Shown here: positions 16,333 through 20,000 of the stretch, piece after piece
How the letters are laid out: each line of letters opens with the position of its first letter
Numbering within the stretch: position 1 is the first letter of the stretch
Assembly: GCA_963665615.2 (NCBI GenBank)
Contig: CAXXQE010000001.1
Span: 181,151 to 201,150, forward strand
Source: Syntrophales bacterium
Lineage (GTDB): Bacteria; Desulfobacterota; Syntrophia; Syntrophales; UBA4778
Reading direction: 5' to 3'
DNA: 20,000 nucleotides
The notes under the pieces: model-generated
Seen by the model: the letters and a program-made list of their open reading frames with translations, nothing else
Told to the model about the DNA's origin: nothing
Databases searched by the model: none
Position numbers and translations under genes: made by a program

Positions 16333-16884
16333 TAATACACGGAAGATTTCTCGAAGCCTTATTATGGCTCCCATCAAGTTGCTCAAAAGAATGAATTTTC
16401 CATATTGGATGCTACACGGTGCCTCATAAGGTGGCAACGATAAAGACGATTCTTGAGTACAGCCTTTGCTTATTGGAAGGCATATGGGGAAGGAACAATG
16501 GGGCTTAATGCGCTTGGAGAAGGGGAACCGCTTCATGGGCCAGGCATATAAGGTCAAAACGATTGTCAGCCGCGGACGAGATTGGTGCCACGGCAGTATG
16601 CTCGATCAAAGCAAGTTTACCTGAATCATGGAAACTGATGCCTTATCTAAATTTTTTCGAGCAAGGCGTTCATAGGCAAATACATAGCGAAAGGAGGGGG
16701 GAAGGACTTTCATCATAACAGACTGCCTGGATCGCTGTTTTGATGACTGCTAGATCGGTGAGCAAGGAAGGGCAATGAATCATAGTCTAAGAGGGGGGGA
16801 CAGAAAAAGGCAGGCAGGCCTGCTGCATGTATGGTTGGGGTGGTTTGGTTGAGAAGTTGCCTTTGCTGTCTAGGAGTTAACCGA

Positions 16885-16913
16885 GCTCCAGCTTTTATTT
16901 TGCTAGCTGGAGC
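16885..16913 (+). other. Stem-loop just upstream of the DUF1302 ribosome-binding site
   Basis: GCTCCAGCT (16885-16893) pairs with AGCTGGAGC (16905-16913). AGAGGAGGAGG follows at 16921-16931. Confidence 0.55.
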
Positions 16914-16931
16914 CTATTCAAGAGGAGGAGG

Positions 16932-18599
16932 ATGCAGATGCGTAAATGTGTAAAGGATGTAGCACCCCCGAAACGCCGTCTGAGTGCAGGGATGGTATTG
17001 ATCGTGTTAGTGCTGCTGCTTGGAAGTTACAGCGCTGCTTTTGCGTTTGATATTCCGATCGGCAGTGAGGATTGGAAGCTCCGTCTCGACAACTCGCTGA
17101 GATACTTTTTGCAGTATCGTATTGCGGATCAGGATGAGGCCATTTTGAATAGCCCTAATGGCGATGATGGAGATCGTAACTTTGATAAAGGCATTGTCTC
17201 GAACCGCGTAGACCTGTTGACCGAACTGGATTTGGTCAATAGCGAAAAAGGTTGGGGTATCCGATTTAGTGGCGCTTTCTGGTATGACCAAAGATATCAC
17301 GATCGATTTGATAACGATTCGGTTGGCACTGTCAATTTTCTTGATGAGAACGGGAATCCAACCGTCAACCGCTTGTACAAGCATGCTGATCGTTACTATG
17401 CCGGCCCCAGCGGTGAGCTGCTGGATGCCTTTGTCTTTGGCAAGGTTAATGCGGGAGAGGTGCCAATTTACTTTAAATTGGGTCGTCACATTTATTCATG
17501 GGGGCAGTCTTTTTTAGACCCCTTCCATGGCATCAGCTATGGTCAGATGCCGCTTGATTTAGCCAAGGCACAGGCTCAGCCGGGTGTCGAGGTGAAAGAG
17601 GTTTTCCGTCCCCTCAACAACTTTAGCGTTATAGCTCAGTTCCCCTCGGGACTCCAGTTGGCAGGGCAATACTTCTTGCAATGGGAGCGAAATCTTTTGC
17701 CTGAGGCCATGACCTATTTCGGAAATGGAGATGTGTGCGTTGACGGTGAAGGTGCGCTCATGCTTGCCCCGGGATTCTTTGCCCGACATGGCCGCGACAT
17801 TGAAGCTGCCAGACACCGCGACTTCGGCCTTTCCGTCCAATACGGCAAAGATACGGATACCTATGGATTTTACTACCGAAGGTTTTCCGATAAAATGCCG
17901 ACGGTTATTCTCACGCTTGACGACTATACGTATCATGCTGCTTACAAATCCAATATCGATCTCTTCGGGGCAAGCTATGCGACCATGATCATGGCTACGA
18001 GTATCGGGGCGGAGATATCCTATCGCCGTCACATGCCTCTTAACAGCAGTGCGATTGCAATTGCCAGCAATGCTCAGCTCCCGGATGATGGCGACATCCT
18101 GGGGCCGACGGGGGACGTCATGTTCGGGTTGATTAACTTTTTCAGGATGCTGAAAAAAACGCCCCTCTGGGATTGCGGCAACTGGATACTCGAGTTCGAT
18201 TATGCGCGATGGATGAGCGTGGACGATCCTTATGGCGCCTTTAAAGGCAGTGATAGTTATCACGGCGTTGATCGTGTGACGAGGGATTCCGGGAATGTCA
18301 TTTTCGTCTTTACGCCGCAATATATGCAAATCTTTCCGGGTGTGGATTTGTCGGTACCCATCTCTATAAACTATGGTTTGTTTGGCGTTGGTCCCTGTAT
18401 CGCCAATAACGGTGAGGGAGATGGCAATTTTGGTTTGGGATTGAACTTCGACTTCTTCACAAAATACAAACTCAACTTCACCTACTCAAACTTCTTCGGA
18501 AAACTGGGCGATAGCGCGGGTAGTGCCGCTGGCAGAGGAAACTATGGGCTTTATAAGGATCGCGACTTCATTTCCGCTACTTTTAAAGTCGACTTCTAG
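16932..18599 (+). CDS. DUF1302-family outer-membrane beta-barrel protein (true start may be ATG 16938)
   Basis: Signal peptide ending AFA|FDI, NGDDGDRNFDKGIVSNRVDLLTELD, ELLDAFV, GRHIYSWGQS and PGVEVKEVFRP. C-terminus DRDFISATFKVDF ends in Phe, the beta-barrel signal. Confidence 0.88.
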   Translation: MQMRKCVKDVAPPKRRLSAGMVLIVLVLLLGSYSAAFAFDIPIGSEDWKLRLDNSLRYFLQYRIADQDEAILNSPNGDDGDRNFDKGIVSNRVDLLTELDLVNSEKGWGIRFSGAFWYDQRYHDRFDNDSVGTVNFLDENGNPTVNRLYKHADRYYAGPSGELLDAFVFGKVNAGEVPIYFKLGRHIYSWGQSFLDPFHGISYGQMPLDLAKAQAQPGVEVKEVFRPLNNFSVIAQFPSGLQLAGQYFLQWERNLLPEAMTYFGNGDVCVDGEGALMLAPGFFARHGRDIEAARHRDFGLSVQYGKDTDTYGFYYRRFSDKMPTVILTLDDYTYHAAYKSNIDLFGASYATMIMATSIGAEISYRRHMPLNSSAIAIASNAQLPDDGDILGPTGDVMFGLINFFRMLKKTPLWDCGNWILEFDYARWMSVDDPYGAFKGSDSYHGVDRVTRDSGNVIFVFTPQYMQIFPGVDLSVPISINYGLFGVGPCIANNGEGDGNFGLGLNFDFFTKYKLNFTYSNFFGKLGDSAGSAAGRGNYGLYKDRDFISATFKVDF

Positions 18600-18626
18600 G
18601 CGATCAGAAATTAAGGAGAGTGAAAT

Positions 18627-20000
18627 ATGACAAGAAAATTGTTGATGGCATGTATCATTGTGCTGGCGTCCATGAGTTGTGCGGTGGCAGCCATTTCGCC
18701 GGAGGAGGCGAACAAACTTGGCGGCCAGGTTTTGACAGCGGTCGGGGGTGAAAAGGCTGGCAGCAAGGACGGTCTCGTTGCCCCTTACACGGGTGGTATT
18801 ACGAAGGGCGCGGATGGTTGGTATTACGAGGGTAAACTGAAGGTCCCCTTTTCTAAATTTGATCCCAAGAAAAACGGACTGCGGCCCGATCCGTTTGCCG
18901 ACGATAAACCTCTTTTTTCGATCAATGCAAAAAATATGGCCCAGTATGCAGATAAGTTGAGCGAGGGAACCAAAGCTTTGTTGCAGAAGTATCCGGATTA
19001 TCGCATCGACGTTTACCCGTGCCGGCGTCCCGCTGCGTATAGCGAAACGGTTGCCGAAGGCACGAAGAAAGCAGCGACGACAGCAAGACTCGAAAATGAG
19101 GGCACGTGGTTGAAAGACGCCAAAGGCGGTTTCCCTTTCCCTATTCCGAAAAGTGGGATCGAGGCCCTTTGGAATCATATTGTTAAATGGATTGGGTACG
19201 CAGAAAAATCGCAATCCAGATCTTACGTGATTACCTCTGCCGGTCGCGTTGTGTGGTCGGAAGAAGCGATTCTTAAATTTGATGTTCCCTACTGGGATCC
19301 AGGACATCCGGCAGCTGATAAACATATGTGCAGGATGATTCAGTATACCGTTGGCCCTCCGCATAGAAATGGAGAGAAGATACTGTCCCATTGGCCTTAT
19401 AATGCATACAACCCGGTATGGCTGTATTTCCCGGGCCAACGACGGGTCAAGATCGCTCCGGAAGTTGCATATGACACACCAAACCCGTCGAATGCGGGCG
19501 CCAACACCTATGACGATGCCTGGATCTACCAGGGTACACCTGACAAGTATAACTGGAAGCTTTTGGGAAAAAAAGAAATGGTCGTCCCATACAATCGCTA
19601 TAAGCTTGTCTATCATACCAAAGCCGCAGATGCTTTTGGTCCCCACTTTATGAATCCCGGCACTGAACGATGGGAGATCCACCGCGTATGGGCGATTGAG
19701 GGTGATCTCAAACCCGGACTTCGGCATATCTATAAAAGGCGAGTCGTTTTCCTGGATGAGGATACTTGGCAAGCGATCATGCACGATGAATTTGATAATA
19801 AAGATAAAATATATAGAGTCATGTATTCTAATATGTTGATCAACTATGACTTTTCTGCCCCTTCTAATATCAACTTCCTTGGCTATGATCTCATAACAGG
19901 GATTTATTGGGTCAATAGCTTCCCGGCAGAAACGGGTGGTGTATTCTACACACCACGTTTATCGGAAGCTGAATTGCAACCTGCATCGATGGCTGGTTCA
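18627..20000 (+). CDS. DUF1329-family periplasmic protein, 3' end beyond the window and therefore absent from the ORF track
   Basis: SD AAGGAG then ATG at 18627: MTRKLLMACIIVLASMSCAVA|AISPEEANKLGGQVLTAVGGEKAGSKDGLVAPYTGG. Later motifs include DPFADDKPLFSINAKN, GFPFPIPKSGIEALWNH, WLYFPGQRRVKIAP, YNWKLLGKKEMVVPYN, RWEIHRVWAIEG and RHIYKRRVVFLDEDTW. Confidence 0.9.
   Translation, partial: MTRKLLMACIIVLASMSCAVAAISPEEANKLGGQVLTAVGGEKAGSKDGLVAPYTGGITKGADGWYYEGKLKVPFSKFDPKKNGLRPDPFADDKPLFSINAKNMAQYADKLSEGTKALLQKYPDYRIDVYPCRRPAAYSETVAEGTKKAATTARLENEGTWLKDAKGGFPFPIPKSGIEALWNHIVKWIGYAEKSQSRSYVITSAGRVVWSEEAILKFDVPYWDPGHPAADKHMCRMIQYTVGPPHRNGEKILSHWPYNAYNPVWLYFPGQRRVKIAPEVAYDTPNPSNAGANTYDDAWIYQGTPDKYNWKLLGKKEMVVPYNRYKLVYHTKAADAFGPHFMNPGTERWEIHRVWAIEGDLKPGLRHIYKRRVVFLDEDTWQAIMHDEFDNKDKIYRVMYSNMLINYDFSAPSNINFLGYDLITGIYWVNSFPAETGGVFYTPRLSEAELQPASMAGS

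Noticed and set aside
15675..16557. Short minus-strand ORFs 15675-15893 and 16294-16557
   Set aside because: No motifs and non-ATG starts. The second overlaps the sigma-54 promoter antisense.
18486..19784. 432-aa minus-strand ORF
   Set aside because: Antisense shadow of the DUF1329 gene, which has an SD, a signal peptide and family motifs. The shadow has no recognisable motif.
1..20000. CRISPR array, tRNA, rRNA, transposase or integrase
   Set aside because: No regularly spaced repeats, cloverleaf, rRNA-like sequence or recombinase ORF was seen.

Overview
A 20-kb anaerobic catabolic region. Its sigma-54 control and radical acyl-CoA enzymes suggest a Desulfobacterota/Syntrophales-like host (inference). 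Two paralogous ~1040-aa sigma-54 enhancer-binding proteins (TPR-like N-terminus, GAF, AAA+, Fis-type HTH) each lie divergent from a consensus -24/-12 promoter with upstream palindromes. The first promoter precedes an AbfD (4-hydroxybutyryl-CoA dehydratase)-family gene, an SDR and a Zn-dependent dehydrogenase. The second precedes, after a ~590-nt leader, a DUF1302 outer-membrane protein and a DUF1329 periplasmic protein cut by the window edge. Between them are a 2-hydroxyacyl-CoA dehydratase/aryl-CoA reductase-family two-subunit enzyme with its ATP-dependent activator, an isovaleryl-CoA-dehydrogenase-type ACAD, and a 194-bp MITE with a 6-bp target duplication. Both radical enzymes look non-canonical. 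One dehydratase subunit lacks Cys at all Fe-S ligand positions. The AbfD homolog keeps its cluster ligands but appears to lack both catalytic glutamates. Together this suggests an uncharacterised uptake plus radical-CoA pathway for an unknown substrate. All family assignments come from motif recognition by eye, not from database searches.
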